From Candidatus Omnitrophota bacterium (lineage in GTDB: Bacteria; Omnitrophota; Gorgyraeia; B26-G9), in contig JAMWCB010000002.1 in assembly GCA_023819605.1 (NCBI GenBank), positions 1 through 36,843 on the forward strand: DNA of 36,843 bases. Direction: 5' to 3'. The notes under the pieces are model-generated. The model saw only the letters and a list, made by a program, of their open reading frames with translations, searched no databases and was not told the DNA's origin. Both the position numbers and the translations under genes were made by a program. Positions 6,821 to 16,217 of this stretch are shown here, piece by piece; within the stretch, counting starts at the first letter, position 1; every line of letters starts with the position of its first letter.

Positions 6821-7636
6821 ATGCGCCCGTTCCGAAACATGCTATTATCAGTTGTCGTTCTGACTCAAGCGGTTACTTCGCCGGCCACTGCCGCTCCGGA
6901 AAAATCGACTGCCGCGCCACTACCGCTTCCCACCGCCGCCGCACGCCTGCTCGCCCAAGCAGCCGCGGCAGAAAAAAACAACGATCTGCTCAACGCGCAG
7001 GAATTGTATGAAAAATTTTTGGAAGACTTTCCGGAAATCGGCAATCAAACATCCGGCGCGAAAAAAAAACTCTGGGATATCAATACCAAAATCATCCTGT
7101 CGTCATTATACACGCCGGATTGCATACTCTACACCGTCGAGCCGGGGGATACCTTGGCAAAAATTGCCAAGCGTTTTTCCGTCACGCAGGAATTACTTAA
7201 AATCAGCAACGGACTCAAATCGGATACGATATACTACGGGAAAAAATTACGCATCTGGACGAAACCATTGCAGATCGTCATTGATAAATCAAAAAACCGC
7301 CTGACCTTGAAATCCGCGGACCAGGTTATTAAAATATATCCGGTGGCAACCGGCGAAAATGGCGGGACGCCGGCCGGCGAATTCACCATAACTTCCCGCC
7401 TGGAAAATCCCGTCTGGTTCCGCAAGGGAGAACCGATCGCGCCGGACGACCCGCGTAACGCGCTGGGGACGCGCTGGCTGGGATTCAATTATCCACAGTA
7501 CGGCATCCACGGCACAATCCGACCTGACTTGATCGGCCAACAGGTAAGCCACGGCTGCGTACGCATGCGCAACAAGGATGTGGAAGAATTATACGTGCTG
7601 GTTCCGGAAGGGACAAAAGTAACTATCCACGACTAA
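6821..7636 (+). CDS. LysM domain-containing L,D-transpeptidase (YkuD family)
   Basis: Signal peptide (MRPFRNMLLSVVVLTQAVTSPATA), LysM domain (YTVEPGDTLAKIAKRFSVTQELLKISNGL), and the YkuD catalytic motif HGT...SHGCVRM. GGAG lies upstream of the ATG. Confidence 0.9.
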   Translation: MRPFRNMLLSVVVLTQAVTSPATAAPEKSTAAPLPLPTAAARLLAQAAAAEKNNDLLNAQELYEKFLEDFPEIGNQTSGAKKKLWDINTKIILSSLYTPDCILYTVEPGDTLAKIAKRFSVTQELLKISNGLKSDTIYYGKKLRIWTKPLQIVIDKSKNRLTLKSADQVIKIYPVATGENGGTPAGEFTITSRLENPVWFRKGEPIAPDDPRNALGTRWLGFNYPQYGIHGTIRPDLIGQQVSHGCVRMRNKDVEELYVLVPEGTKVTIHD

Positions 7637-7696
7637 ACCCCGCCGGCGCGCTGTCCCGCACACCTGGCCGGCCGGATTGCCGCTGGACACAGTCTA

Positions 7697-8092
7697 TTAT
7701 AACGGATAGGTTCCGCCCCACACGTCGTCCTGAGTAACGGTAAGCGTCTTAGTATTATGCGGGCCGCCGGTTCTGGTTGCTTGCAGCGTAAACGTCGTAA
7801 CGGCAACCGCCGGGACGGAATAGGCCCAATCAGTATCGGAATTATCCATGGCGACAAAATCAGCCCCGACTTCCGCACCTAAGAGAACCAATTGGTTGGT
7901 ATATGTTTCCGCGGCCGAAAAATAATGATTCTGGGCAGATTGCAACGCTTTGAGGTTATTGACCGCTTTTGACGCCCGGCTACGCTCCACCGCCGTCATG
8001 TACGCCGGAACGGCTATGCCCACCAGAATACCAATAACTACGACGACCACCATTACTTCCAGCATCGTAAACGCGCTGTTCTTCTTATTCAT
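7697..8092 (-). CDS. type IV pilin-like / pseudopilin protein with prepilin-type N-terminal cleavage/methylation domain
   Basis: Start moved to ATG 8092, which has AGGAGG 5 nt upstream. MNKKNSAFTMLEVMVVVVVIGILVGIAVPAY is the class III signal peptide (A/G-F-T-x-x-E) plus a hydrophobic helix. The protein is 131 aa. Confidence 0.85.
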   Translation of the reverse strand: MNKKNSAFTMLEVMVVVVVIGILVGIAVPAYMTAVERSRASKAVNNLKALQSAQNHYFSAAETYTNQLVLLGAEVGADFVAMDNSDTDWAYSVPAVAVTTFTLQATRTGGPHNTKTLTVTQDDVWGGTYPL

Positions 8093-8144
8093 GATCCTCC
8101 TTACTACTTTATCAGTTAACCGTTTATTAGTTTTTCTATTATTA

Positions 8145-8173
8145 ATTATACTGCCTTTTTTCTGGAAAAACAA
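8145..8173 (-). promoter_or_regulatory. candidate sigma70 promoter of the pilin-like gene
   Basis: The minus strand reads TTGTTT-17 nt-TATAAT. The -10 is about 50 nt upstream of ATG 8092. Confidence 0.45.
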
Positions 8174-8180
8174 GAATTCG

Positions 8181-8209
8181 TTGACGCACTGTCCGGAACA
8201 CGTTATGAT
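8181..8209 (+). promoter_or_regulatory. candidate sigma70 promoter of the TPR gene
   Basis: TTGACG-17 nt-TATGAT on the plus strand. It lies back to back with the pilin promoter, the two -35 elements being 7 bp apart. Confidence 0.5.
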
Positions 8210-8394
8210 AGTAATAAGCCTCATCCGGGCGCTGCCGCGTTGCGGAGGGGCGTGCATGTCTGCCCGCGGGCCGTCGCGTGCGCACGAGCGCGGAGCGTGC
8301 CAACCGGAAAACAGCGCGGCATCCGGAATATCGAACATATGCCGATGAACGTCCGCCGGCGAATAGTGCATGTTCGAAAATCGCGCAGCTATCT

Positions 8395-10071
8395 ATGACC
8401 GTACGCCCGACACGAACACCGCCGTTTATTACCGCCGGGAAAAAATTGATTCCCTGGCTGCTTTTTTTTTCTCTCTGCGCCGCTGCCGCCGTGTATTTTT
8501 TTTCCGCGCATCCGCGGGCCGAACAGTACCTGTGGGAAACAACGGAAGAATCAAAATCGCACCTCCGCTCGTTTTTCCACGGGTTGCTGTCTATTGCACA
8601 TACCGACCGGTCCCGGCCTCCTGCAGCGTCGGAAAAACATGCGGCAACCTACGAAACCTTCCAAAATTCTTTTTACTATGGAGAAACCGGGCCGCAGCTT
8701 TCCGAAGCAATCCGCCAGGCGAAATTATTGCTCGCCGCAAACCCCTCCGACGTGGAACTCAAACGGAAGCTTGCCTTTTTGCTCTTCATAAACCGCGATT
8801 ATGTCGCCGCCCGGCGTTTCTACAACCAGATACTCCGTACTTTTTTTCTGACGCACAAAAAATTCGCAACGCTCTCCGACGACCCGGACTCCTATCAAAT
8901 CCGCCGCAGCATCATCGAACTAACCGCGCTTCATGCCGAACACGGCAATGAAAAAAATTTTCTTTACCATTACGAACGCACGGTCCGCGCCACCATTCCC
9001 GGCGATGATTACCGGACGCGGAACGCCGGCAGCGCTGTTGCCGCGCGCATCGATATCGCCGCGCAGCTATCCGGCGAGGGCATTTATTCCTGTCAAAAAT
9101 CGATCGAACAATTACGGGCTATTCTGCAGAAACACCCCCATCACCCCGACGCATTTTATCACTTAGGGTTAAAATACGTCGAATTAGCGCACCTCCGCGA
9201 TGTGCGCGGCCAAAACACGCCGGCGGCGCTTGCCGAAACAGCCGCGTTGCTTCAGGAAATTATGGCCCGGCTCTTTCCGCAGCACACGGCGGACAAAATC
9301 CAACGGCAACTGAACGAATTCCGGCAAACCGCTCAGGAGGCGCAGAATGCCCTGGACACCTATTCCGATCTGCTGCGCTGGCTGGGCGGACATGGGGTGT
9401 ACGCCGGCGCGTATTCCCTGGAACGCCCGGTCATGGAAATCTTTACTGCGCTGCCGCGTCTGGAACTGGCGCTCGGGCAATTCGCCGCGACGCTGCGCGC
9501 CGAACTGCCGCCGTTTCTGCGTATAAAAAAAATTCTTGCGGAAGCGTATGGCCATTTCGACGAGCTTCCCCAGCCGCTGAGTTTCGCGCCAGCCGATGAA
9601 CACGCGCTGTACTTTATTTTTCCACAGCTAAGCCATCCGCTGCCGATAACCTACTTCCTCAAAGACGTCTACCGCGAGGAATTTGAATCCGCGCTCGCGC
9701 AGATCAACGAACTTTTACGCACCCTGATCGAGCGGGGATGGGGACGCCGGCTCCGCGCCCTGCTCGTCGGGCAGGGGGACATCGCTTTTTACCGGCAGGA
9801 TTTTCACCGCGCGCGCCTTTACTACCAACAAGCGCTGGCCTGGTCATTCTCTTCCGACTATTCCCCCGAGAATTTTTCAATCCATGCCAAAATAATCGAT
9901 GCGCTCATTGAAATCAAAAATTATGACGACGGGCTGCGGTATATCCAACACCTGTATGCGGCAAACATTCCCCTGCCGGCGCGCCAAACGCTGATCAATC
10001 AGCTGCGTCGAATTTACACCGCGCGCGGCGACCATCTGCGGTTACGCCGCCTCAGTCCGCCTTCCCCGTAA
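8395..10071 (+). CDS. membrane-anchored TPR/helical-repeat protein
   Basis: The stop is fixed at 10071. The start is taken as ATG 8395, just before the TM segment LIPWLLFFSLCAAAAVYFF. The longest ORF starts at GTG 8278, and neither start has a clear SD. TPR-like repeats are present (e.g. GDIAFYRQDFHRARLYYQQALAW). Confidence 0.65.
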   Translation: MTVRPTRTPPFITAGKKLIPWLLFFSLCAAAAVYFFSAHPRAEQYLWETTEESKSHLRSFFHGLLSIAHTDRSRPPAASEKHAATYETFQNSFYYGETGPQLSEAIRQAKLLLAANPSDVELKRKLAFLLFINRDYVAARRFYNQILRTFFLTHKKFATLSDDPDSYQIRRSIIELTALHAEHGNEKNFLYHYERTVRATIPGDDYRTRNAGSAVAARIDIAAQLSGEGIYSCQKSIEQLRAILQKHPHHPDAFYHLGLKYVELAHLRDVRGQNTPAALAETAALLQEIMARLFPQHTADKIQRQLNEFRQTAQEAQNALDTYSDLLRWLGGHGVYAGAYSLERPVMEIFTALPRLELALGQFAATLRAELPPFLRIKKILAEAYGHFDELPQPLSFAPADEHALYFIFPQLSHPLPITYFLKDVYREEFESALAQINELLRTLIERGWGRRLRALLVGQGDIAFYRQDFHRARLYYQQALAWSFSSDYSPENFSIHAKIIDALIEIKNYDDGLRYIQHLYAANIPLPARQTLINQLRRIYTARGDHLRLRRLSPPSP

Positions 10072-10094
10072 AACCGCCCGGCACGCCGGCCGCG

Positions 10095-10589
10095 TCATAC
10101 CCCGCGGACTTTAACGACGATTTTGTGCACTAAACACGCACGCTCCCGTTGAATTCCCGGCGCATGCGCGTCGCTCGGAGCAAAAATCGCGGCCATCCCC
10201 GGCTGCAAAACAAAACAGGTTGCGCACGCAAAATCCGCCGCCGTGGTTTGAAAAAACATACAATCATTTTCCTCATCATACGCAGTTTCCAGGCGGTGCC
10301 GCTGATCCACCGGCCGGACATACATACGTTCCTCGCCGCCGATGAGATACTGGATATCGTAATAGCGGCGGTGCGCTTCAAAACGCGCCGCCGTAGGCGG
10401 CTTAGTCAGGTACGCCTGTTCGATAACCACTACGTCCTCTGCCTGTACGGCGCGGCGCTGCGCAAACCCCGCGCCCTGTTCCAAGAGATCGCGTGAATTA
10501 TACTGCGCCGCATACCGGAGGCCTTCGGACAATAATCCCGTACCGATTTTCTGCCGGAGTAAATCGGGGAGCATTCCAATGATTGCCAT
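10095..10589 (-). CDS. yhcH: YhcH/YjgK/YiaL (DUF386) family protein
   Basis: Start moved to ATG 10589, which shares one base with the upstream stop (TGATG). EAHRRYYDIQYLIGGEERM and VLQPGMAAIFAPSDAHAPG...KIVVKV align with E. coli YhcH segments ELHEQYIDIQLLLNGEERI and ILKPGMFAVFMPGEPHKPG...KVVVKV, recalled from memory. Confidence 0.8.
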   Translation of the reverse strand: MAIIGMLPDLLRQKIGTGLLSEGLRYAAQYNSRDLLEQGAGFAQRRAVQAEDVVVIEQAYLTKPPTAARFEAHRRYYDIQYLIGGEERMYVRPVDQRHRLETAYDEENDCMFFQTTAADFACATCFVLQPGMAAIFAPSDAHAPGIQRERACLVHKIVVKVRGV

Positions 10590-11881
10590 CAGCCGCCTCC
10601 GTTCAAGATCATCCCCGGCGCAGGCCGGGTATGGCGAAAGCATTCTTTGGGAACATTAAAATACCCCTGCCTTATCCCGGGAAATTCCCGGGAGACATTT
10701 TCGATAACCGTCCGCACTCCCAACAAACGCTCTGCTTCCGCGCCGATGATCCGGTAATACTGTTGCGGGTCGATATTCAAATTTCGCCACTGAATCATAT
10801 CCGGCTTGGCGCTGCGCAGCAGCTGCCGCAACCGGGCCCACTCCCGGGGATGATCCGTCACCCCCGGCATCACCAAGTAGTTCAAGGAAATAAATAGGTT
10901 ATAGCGTTTCGCGACGGCGATTGTTGCGCGCACATCCGCGAACGTATACCCCTGCGGCCGATAATAGCGCCGGTACCAGTCCGCCTGGCAGCTATTTAAA
11001 CTGACCCGTATACTGTTGAGCCCGCTGCGGCACAACCGCGCAATCGCCGCCGGCAAACTGCCGTTGGTATTGAGATGAATCGTTCCTTTTGCCGTGCGCG
11101 CGCGAATCAGCCGGATAGCCGCGGCGATAACCTCCGCCTGCAGGAGCGGTTCTCCCTCGCACCCCTGGCCAAAGCTGACCATGGGCCGCCGCACCCGTTG
11201 AATATGCGCCAGCGCAATTTCCGCCACCTCTTCCGGGTCCGGAACAAAACAAATACGCTGCTGCGACGCCGGCGGAGAGTACGCCGGCTGGAAAGAAATA
11301 CAGCCGGCGCATCGCGCATTGCATGCCGGCGATACCGGCAGCGGGCATTCATACCGGCCCACAAAAAAATTTATCGCATTCGCGCAGCGGGACGACAGGG
11401 CGCACTGCTGCAACCGGCGGAGCAGGCGATTGGGCGTGGCGCGGTACGGCCGCACGGCGCGCCGGATCATCGCCGGGCTGATCTGGCCGGTATCATGCAC
11501 GCCGCGGCGATCAACACGCACCGCCGGCACGGCGTAACCGCCGCGGTACCAGGCAACCGGCGCGTAAGAAAACAGCGGCAGCGTTTGCGCCTGCGGCTGT
11601 TGCCGGTACGCAGCGCAGTACAATTGCGTATACCCGGGCGGCACCAGCGCAGCCACCGCGTTCACGTCGGCGATTTCTTCAAACACGCCGCGGCGCCGGT
11701 CGAATCCGACCGGCGTGCGCAACGGCAAAACGAATAAACGCCCTGCCGCCGGCAGCGGCACCAAATCGGCGGGCCGCAAAACCGATACCTGTTCTCCGGC
11801 CAATCCGCAGGCTTGGAATCCCGGCGCTTCCACGATCCGCCGCTGTTGATCAACGGCCAGTAAGCGGGGATACTCCTTCAC
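10589..11881 (-). CDS. radical SAM protein, subfamily unknown
   Basis: 430-aa ORF with a GTG start. It carries the CxxxCxxC cluster motif CNARCAGC, followed by a TIM-barrel-like region (VSFGQGCEGEPLL, HLNTNGS). Confidence 0.8.
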   Translation of the reverse strand: MKEYPRLLAVDQQRRIVEAPGFQACGLAGEQVSVLRPADLVPLPAAGRLFVLPLRTPVGFDRRRGVFEEIADVNAVAALVPPGYTQLYCAAYRQQPQAQTLPLFSYAPVAWYRGGYAVPAVRVDRRGVHDTGQISPAMIRRAVRPYRATPNRLLRRLQQCALSSRCANAINFFVGRYECPLPVSPACNARCAGCISFQPAYSPPASQQRICFVPDPEEVAEIALAHIQRVRRPMVSFGQGCEGEPLLQAEVIAAAIRLIRARTAKGTIHLNTNGSLPAAIARLCRSGLNSIRVSLNSCQADWYRRYYRPQGYTFADVRATIAVAKRYNLFISLNYLVMPGVTDHPREWARLRQLLRSAKPDMIQWRNLNIDPQQYYRIIGAEAERLLGVRTVIENVSREFPGIRQGYFNVPKECFRHTRPAPGMILNGGG

Positions 11882-11950
11882 ACATATTATCCTTTAATTG
11901 ACGCCGGCAGCCCGTTATTTGTTCTTACGATACATAACGCATTTCGGCGC

Positions 11951-13237
11951 TTAAAATTGTTTTTTAAACTCAATCTGCACTTTTTGATCCGGTTTAGCCC
12001 CCGTACCGTTGACCGTGCTCATCACCGATTCCGCTTCAATGCTGATCCTTTTATCATCGGCGACCTTGGAACTGACTCCGACACTATGGGTTAGTTGCGG
12101 CACCTGGTTCTGCGCATTTTTCTGTTCAACCCCGACATGGACCGCTGTACGGCCATCCAACTCTTTCAATACTTCTACTTTGCGCTTCTCGTCGTCATAA
12201 CGCAAATCACTAATACTAATCCCCAACATCTGGGAAAATTTCCGGCCTTCCCCTGCAAATAAAAAATAATCCACAAAATCTTTCACCAGCTCCGCATTGT
12301 TCACCTGGCCGGACGTTAATCCCGTGCGGGTATCCGCCCAATTGGTTCCGGTCGCCAACATTACCATCAATTCTTCTTGCGAATACGGAGGATTCGACGC
12401 CAATTGCAGTTCCGGCAGTTCCAATGATCCTTGTAAGACAATGGTTATGCGCACATCCGCGTCTTTTACCTTCACCGCCGTTGTTCCCCGGCAATCGACC
12501 GCCGGCTCGCGGAAATTTCCCTGGTAATTGATTTGGCAGGATTCCGCCGCGATCGTTAAATTTTGCTTATGCAAATAAACCGTGCCGCCATTGGCCCGCG
12601 CATAGCCATACAGGCGCGGCGGCCGCCGGCCCCGCAATTCCAAATCAAAAACACCGGCAGACGCATACGCCTCAAACGTCGTGCCGCTGAGCGCTTCGAT
12701 ATAAAACGTTCCGCGGACGCGCGGGCCAAATAGCGGCCCCGCAAAAACCGCATCCAGATCCCGAATCCGTCCGCCGACATTTTTAACCGCCGGGCTCTCG
12801 GAAACTAAATTTAAAATTTCTTTTACCCCCACATATTTTCCGTACAGTTTAATATCGAAACTTCCCCGCCGGAGATTGCCGTAAAAAATAATCGTATCCG
12901 AACCCGGAAAATTCAGCCGGCCGTTCTCAATTTCAACGGCAATACCGGAGAGAGACGGGGCTTGCACACTTATCGACAACGCGGCGATTTTCATCTGCGC
13001 GCCGGCCGGCAGCTTATTCATATTTTTAATTTCAACGTCGCGAAACGATAATCCGCCCGCTAATGTCCCTTCAATCGTCCCGATCGTAATCGTCCGGGAA
13101 TCGATATAATATCCCAATACCCGCCGCGCCAACATACTTGAGCCGCGCGGCGTAAAAAATAAAAAATTTATCGCCGCGGCCGCCATGCTCACCGCCGCCA
13201 GCAGGAATACCGATTGCAACACATATTTTATTCTCAT
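11951..13237 (-). CDS. TamB/AsmA-like (DUF490) translocation-and-assembly-module-type protein, short form
   Basis: N-terminal membrane anchor (VLQSVFLLAAVSMAAAAINFLFF), a beta-rich body, and a C-terminal DUF490-like signature LQLASNPPYSQEELMVMLATG. The protein ends in ...VQIEFKKQF (terminal Phe). Confidence 0.6.
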   Translation of the reverse strand: MRIKYVLQSVFLLAAVSMAAAAINFLFFTPRGSSMLARRVLGYYIDSRTITIGTIEGTLAGGLSFRDVEIKNMNKLPAGAQMKIAALSISVQAPSLSGIAVEIENGRLNFPGSDTIIFYGNLRRGSFDIKLYGKYVGVKEILNLVSESPAVKNVGGRIRDLDAVFAGPLFGPRVRGTFYIEALSGTTFEAYASAGVFDLELRGRRPPRLYGYARANGGTVYLHKQNLTIAAESCQINYQGNFREPAVDCRGTTAVKVKDADVRITIVLQGSLELPELQLASNPPYSQEELMVMLATGTNWADTRTGLTSGQVNNAELVKDFVDYFLFAGEGRKFSQMLGISISDLRYDDEKRKVEVLKELDGRTAVHVGVEQKNAQNQVPQLTHSVGVSSKVADDKRISIEAESVMSTVNGTGAKPDQKVQIEFKKQF

Positions 13238-13438
13238 CGCTCGCCGCCTCTTGCCTCGCGCAAACGCCGCGTGGCCTCATGCCGGGTACACATCGCTGGT
13301 ACACCTCCGTCTACGGTTATTGTACGGCAACCGGCAACCCGGATAAAGCTTTTTTATCCACAGCCGCGGGAAGCTCGCCCGGGCTGCCGCCCAGGGTTTC
13401 CGAGCGGCATCCCGCGGTTTGCGGCGGAAGCGCAGAGC

Positions 13439-15361
13439 TTACCGTCCTGGTGATCTATTCAGGATCGACTGTATATCGGCGATCGACTGTTCCAGGCAGC
13501 GCCCCAGGAATTGCGCGCCCTGCCGCACTGACCGCAGGAAGTGGACGTCCTCTTGAAAATCGTTCGCCGCGTCTTTCCATTGTTTATCCCGGACGGCGCC
13601 GTCCGGAATGCCCCCTTCCCGGATCAATTGCATCAGCGCGTTAACCACATCCGCGTGAATTATACGCAAAACATCCTCATGTTCGCGTATGGTTGACGTC
13701 CATGCCGTTATATTCCGTAAGCGCTGCGCCGCGTCCGCCGCTTCGCCGGAACCGGCGGAGGCGGAAGCGATGACTCGCTCCAGTTCGGTTGCGCCGAAAC
13801 CGGCGGTTGCTTCGACAACCGCCGCCCGCTGCCGCAAATCCCTCATCTTCTCCAGCACCGCGCCAAAATCCGGCGGCGTCCACTGCCGGCGAACCTGTTC
13901 GAAAATTTCCCGCGCCGCACAGTCGCGGCATCCATAACGGGCGATCGCCTCGCGCAACGGCAGGGGCACGGTGCCGGCAATTCCCGCTCCGCCTTCGGTG
14001 GCGTTGATACACGTCCTGCCTGACTCCTGCACCAACCGCTCAAAATGCCGCAAATAAATATACATCGGTTGATTAGTCAGTACTTCTTCTCCGGTCAAGG
14101 TGCTGGAAATACGCAAAAGCTTTTCCCGTTTTAAACGCCGAATCGATTCAACCTCCTGCCGTGACGCCGTTCCCTGCGCGTGGGTAAAGCCGCCGGGAAA
14201 CGACAAATCCTGCCCGATAAAAATAATCGGATCACAGCCCAGGCGCACCGCGATATTAAAAATAAAATGCGCCACCGACATGCCTTTCGGCAAAATTCCT
14301 TTATCCTCGGCTAACGTATTGACCCAGGCGGAAAACGGCTTTGCCGAAGCTGCCACAAAACGCGGGCCCCGATAGGCTTCCAACGACGCCCAGGACGCCT
14401 CGATTTCGAAAACCAGCGGAATATCGTGCGTCGGCACCTGCTCAAAATGCTCCCGGCTGACCTCGTTAAAATCCGCAGTAAACACCAAATCCGGGCGCAG
14501 GCCGTGCTGCTGGAGAATCCGCAACGCCGTATCCGTCGCTAAAACGAGGAGTTTACCATTAACCTGATGGAGCGCAGCTATATTTTTATCTAAGGATGGC
14601 CCGGCGGAAACGATAATCGCCGGAACTCCCCGAAAGGCACCGAAGAGCCGGCTAACCCCCGGATTGGTAATCGCCTCTTTCAGATTCAACGCGGCATTTC
14701 GAAGCAACGTCCATCCGGCGCGCCGCACCGTGGCGATATTCGACGCGGCGGTGCGCATCGCGTCAAGAATCCGCCCTCGGACCAAACTGAAATACTGCCG
14801 TTCCACGTGCACGTTCGGATACCAATCTAAAATAACTAACGGCGCGGCCATCAATACCAACGGATAGCGGCTCAGCCAAGCAAAGACATCCAGATCGCTC
14901 ATCCCCACCAAAAGATGCACGCGCGGATCGGCAAAAACATCGGACAGATCTCGCGCCGTCACTGCGGCGCGTAACACCTCCGGCAGCGGCTCGATAATAA
15001 AAAGCGCGTTGAACCGGCGCGGTGCGCGCAGCAATGCCTGGGCGACATACCCCAGGCCGAAACCAAAGAGCACCAGATGAGCCTGCTGCGAGTACGATTG
15101 CCGGGACAGCCAGGCGGCTGCCTCCGACGCCGGCTCATAACGGCTATGGGCAAACCGCTCTTTAATCCGGAGCGTCGGCTGCCCGTTTCGCGCGGCAAGC
15201 ACCGTCACCGGCGCAGCCGCTGCGGCCACCGGCGAACCAATACGTGCGAATGCCTCCGGGTGTTTGTCCCGCAGCATCGTTTCATTGCGTTGCCGCAGTT
15301 CATCACGCGATCCCGGCTCAGCCGGATCTTTTCCCGCGTCAACTAATTCCGATTCGGCCAT
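13439..15361 (-). CDS. maf: motility-associated factor (Maf, DUF115) glycosyltransferase family protein
   Basis: 640 aa, with an ATG start and AGGAGG 8 nt upstream. Maf hallmarks: FAHSRYEPASEAAAWL, SAGPSLDKNI, IIFIGQDLSFPGGFTHAQGT, CINATEGGAGI. It aligns over its full length with ORF 16214-18052. Confidence 0.8.
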   Translation of the reverse strand: MAESELVDAGKDPAEPGSRDELRQRNETMLRDKHPEAFARIGSPVAAAAAPVTVLAARNGQPTLRIKERFAHSRYEPASEAAAWLSRQSYSQQAHLVLFGFGLGYVAQALLRAPRRFNALFIIEPLPEVLRAAVTARDLSDVFADPRVHLLVGMSDLDVFAWLSRYPLVLMAAPLVILDWYPNVHVERQYFSLVRGRILDAMRTAASNIATVRRAGWTLLRNAALNLKEAITNPGVSRLFGAFRGVPAIIVSAGPSLDKNIAALHQVNGKLLVLATDTALRILQQHGLRPDLVFTADFNEVSREHFEQVPTHDIPLVFEIEASWASLEAYRGPRFVAASAKPFSAWVNTLAEDKGILPKGMSVAHFIFNIAVRLGCDPIIFIGQDLSFPGGFTHAQGTASRQEVESIRRLKREKLLRISSTLTGEEVLTNQPMYIYLRHFERLVQESGRTCINATEGGAGIAGTVPLPLREAIARYGCRDCAAREIFEQVRRQWTPPDFGAVLEKMRDLRQRAAVVEATAGFGATELERVIASASAGSGEAADAAQRLRNITAWTSTIREHEDVLRIIHADVVNALMQLIREGGIPDGAVRDKQWKDAANDFQEDVHFLRSVRQGAQFLGRCLEQSIADIQSILNRSPGR

Positions 15362-16217
15362 CCGCCGTTCCTCCTGCGCCGCATTGGACGCGATAGCGCT
15401 GCCGCCGGCCGGCTAAAGCGCCCGGCCGCACCGGTTCCGGCGACACGGCCCAGCCTGTTGGACGGCATACCGCCAAAATCTTATTCGCTAAAAACAGCGG
15501 ATAATTACGGCACGCCTCTGCGGCATCCGGAAAACGAATCTCCAGGCTGACCATATCCGGTGTGCGGAACGGTTCCGGCGGCAGCCTGAGGCATTGCTGC
15601 CCCGCCGGCAAAATTTTTTCCAATGTTTCGGCGCCCGGCGGGAAAATCAGGTGCAGCTGCTCTGCGCTATAGCCGCTCAACGCGAGCATTTCCTGTAAAC
15701 CCTGCAACGTAAACCACCGGATGTGATCTTCATTCATGATACCGCCGGCGGCTCCATACGGGAAATAGCCGCGGACGATCTGAACCAGGATCTGCCAGTT
15801 TTGGACGTTCGGGGTAACGATAATCAACCGTCCGTCGGCGGCAAGGCAGCGGCGCAATTTCGCGCAGACATACCAGGGATCATACAAATGCTCAACAACA
15901 TCGTGCATGACGATGTAACGAAAGAATCCCGAAAATTCCGCGCCTAAATCCGCATCCGGCGCCGCCAAATTAATATTCCAAAAACCGTCGAGCAGATCCG
16001 CCAGCGGCACACGGATCGACGGGTCGATGTCCACGCCATACAACTGCCGGCAGGCTTTATCGCGCGCAAGCCGGAAGAGCAATTCGCCTTCATGGCAGCC
16101 GAAATCCAGAATCCGCTCCGCTCCCTGCGGAATAATACCGAATACCTGCTCCCGAAACGGATTGCGGCGGATTATTTCATCGCGCAGCGCCGCGTTTATT
16201 TCCGGATGGTTATTCAC
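15339..16217 (-). CDS. class I SAM-dependent methyltransferase
   Basis: Motif I RILDFGCHEGELL and the downstream VMHDVVEHLYDP. The start is taken as GTG 16217, which overlaps the upstream Maf stop (GTGA) and has GGGAGAG upstream. The longest ORF starts at GTG 16259. The stop overlaps the downstream Maf gene by 23 nt. Confidence 0.8.
   Translation of the reverse strand: MNNHPEINAALRDEIIRRNPFREQVFGIIPQGAERILDFGCHEGELLFRLARDKACRQLYGVDIDPSIRVPLADLLDGFWNINLAAPDADLGAEFSGFFRYIVMHDVVEHLYDPWYVCAKLRRCLAADGRLIIVTPNVQNWQILVQIVRGYFPYGAAGGIMNEDHIRWFTLQGLQEMLALSGYSAEQLHLIFPPGAETLEKILPAGQQCLRLPPEPFRTPDMVSLEIRFPDAAEACRNYPLFLANKILAVCRPTGWAVSPEPVRPGALAGRRQRYRVQCGAGGTADGRIGIS

Noticed and set aside
7152-7168. 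Sigma54-like TTGGCAAAAATTGCC inside the L,D-transpeptidase gene.
   Set aside because: The GG-to-GC spacing is two bases too short, and the site lies within a coding region (LysM segment).
7697-8371. Long N-terminal extensions of track ORFs: pilin 7697-8371, kinase 21571-24858, HTH 26772-27095, lipoprotein 33048-33617, Hpt 21224-21604, and the YhcH ORF 10095-10643.
   Set aside because: The extensions are R/G/C/P-rich or run through promoters and terminator hairpins. Internal ATGs have strong SD sequences or start/stop overlaps and begin exactly at the recognisable domain, so shorter starts were adopted.
13354-13362. A second perfect DnaA box (TTATCCACA), overlapping a GGATAAA/TTTATCC hairpin in the Maf to TamB-like spacer.
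   Set aside because: It is a single isolated 9-mer with no box cluster, AT-rich DUE or dnaA/dnaN context. One or two chance matches are plausible in 36.8 kb on two strands.
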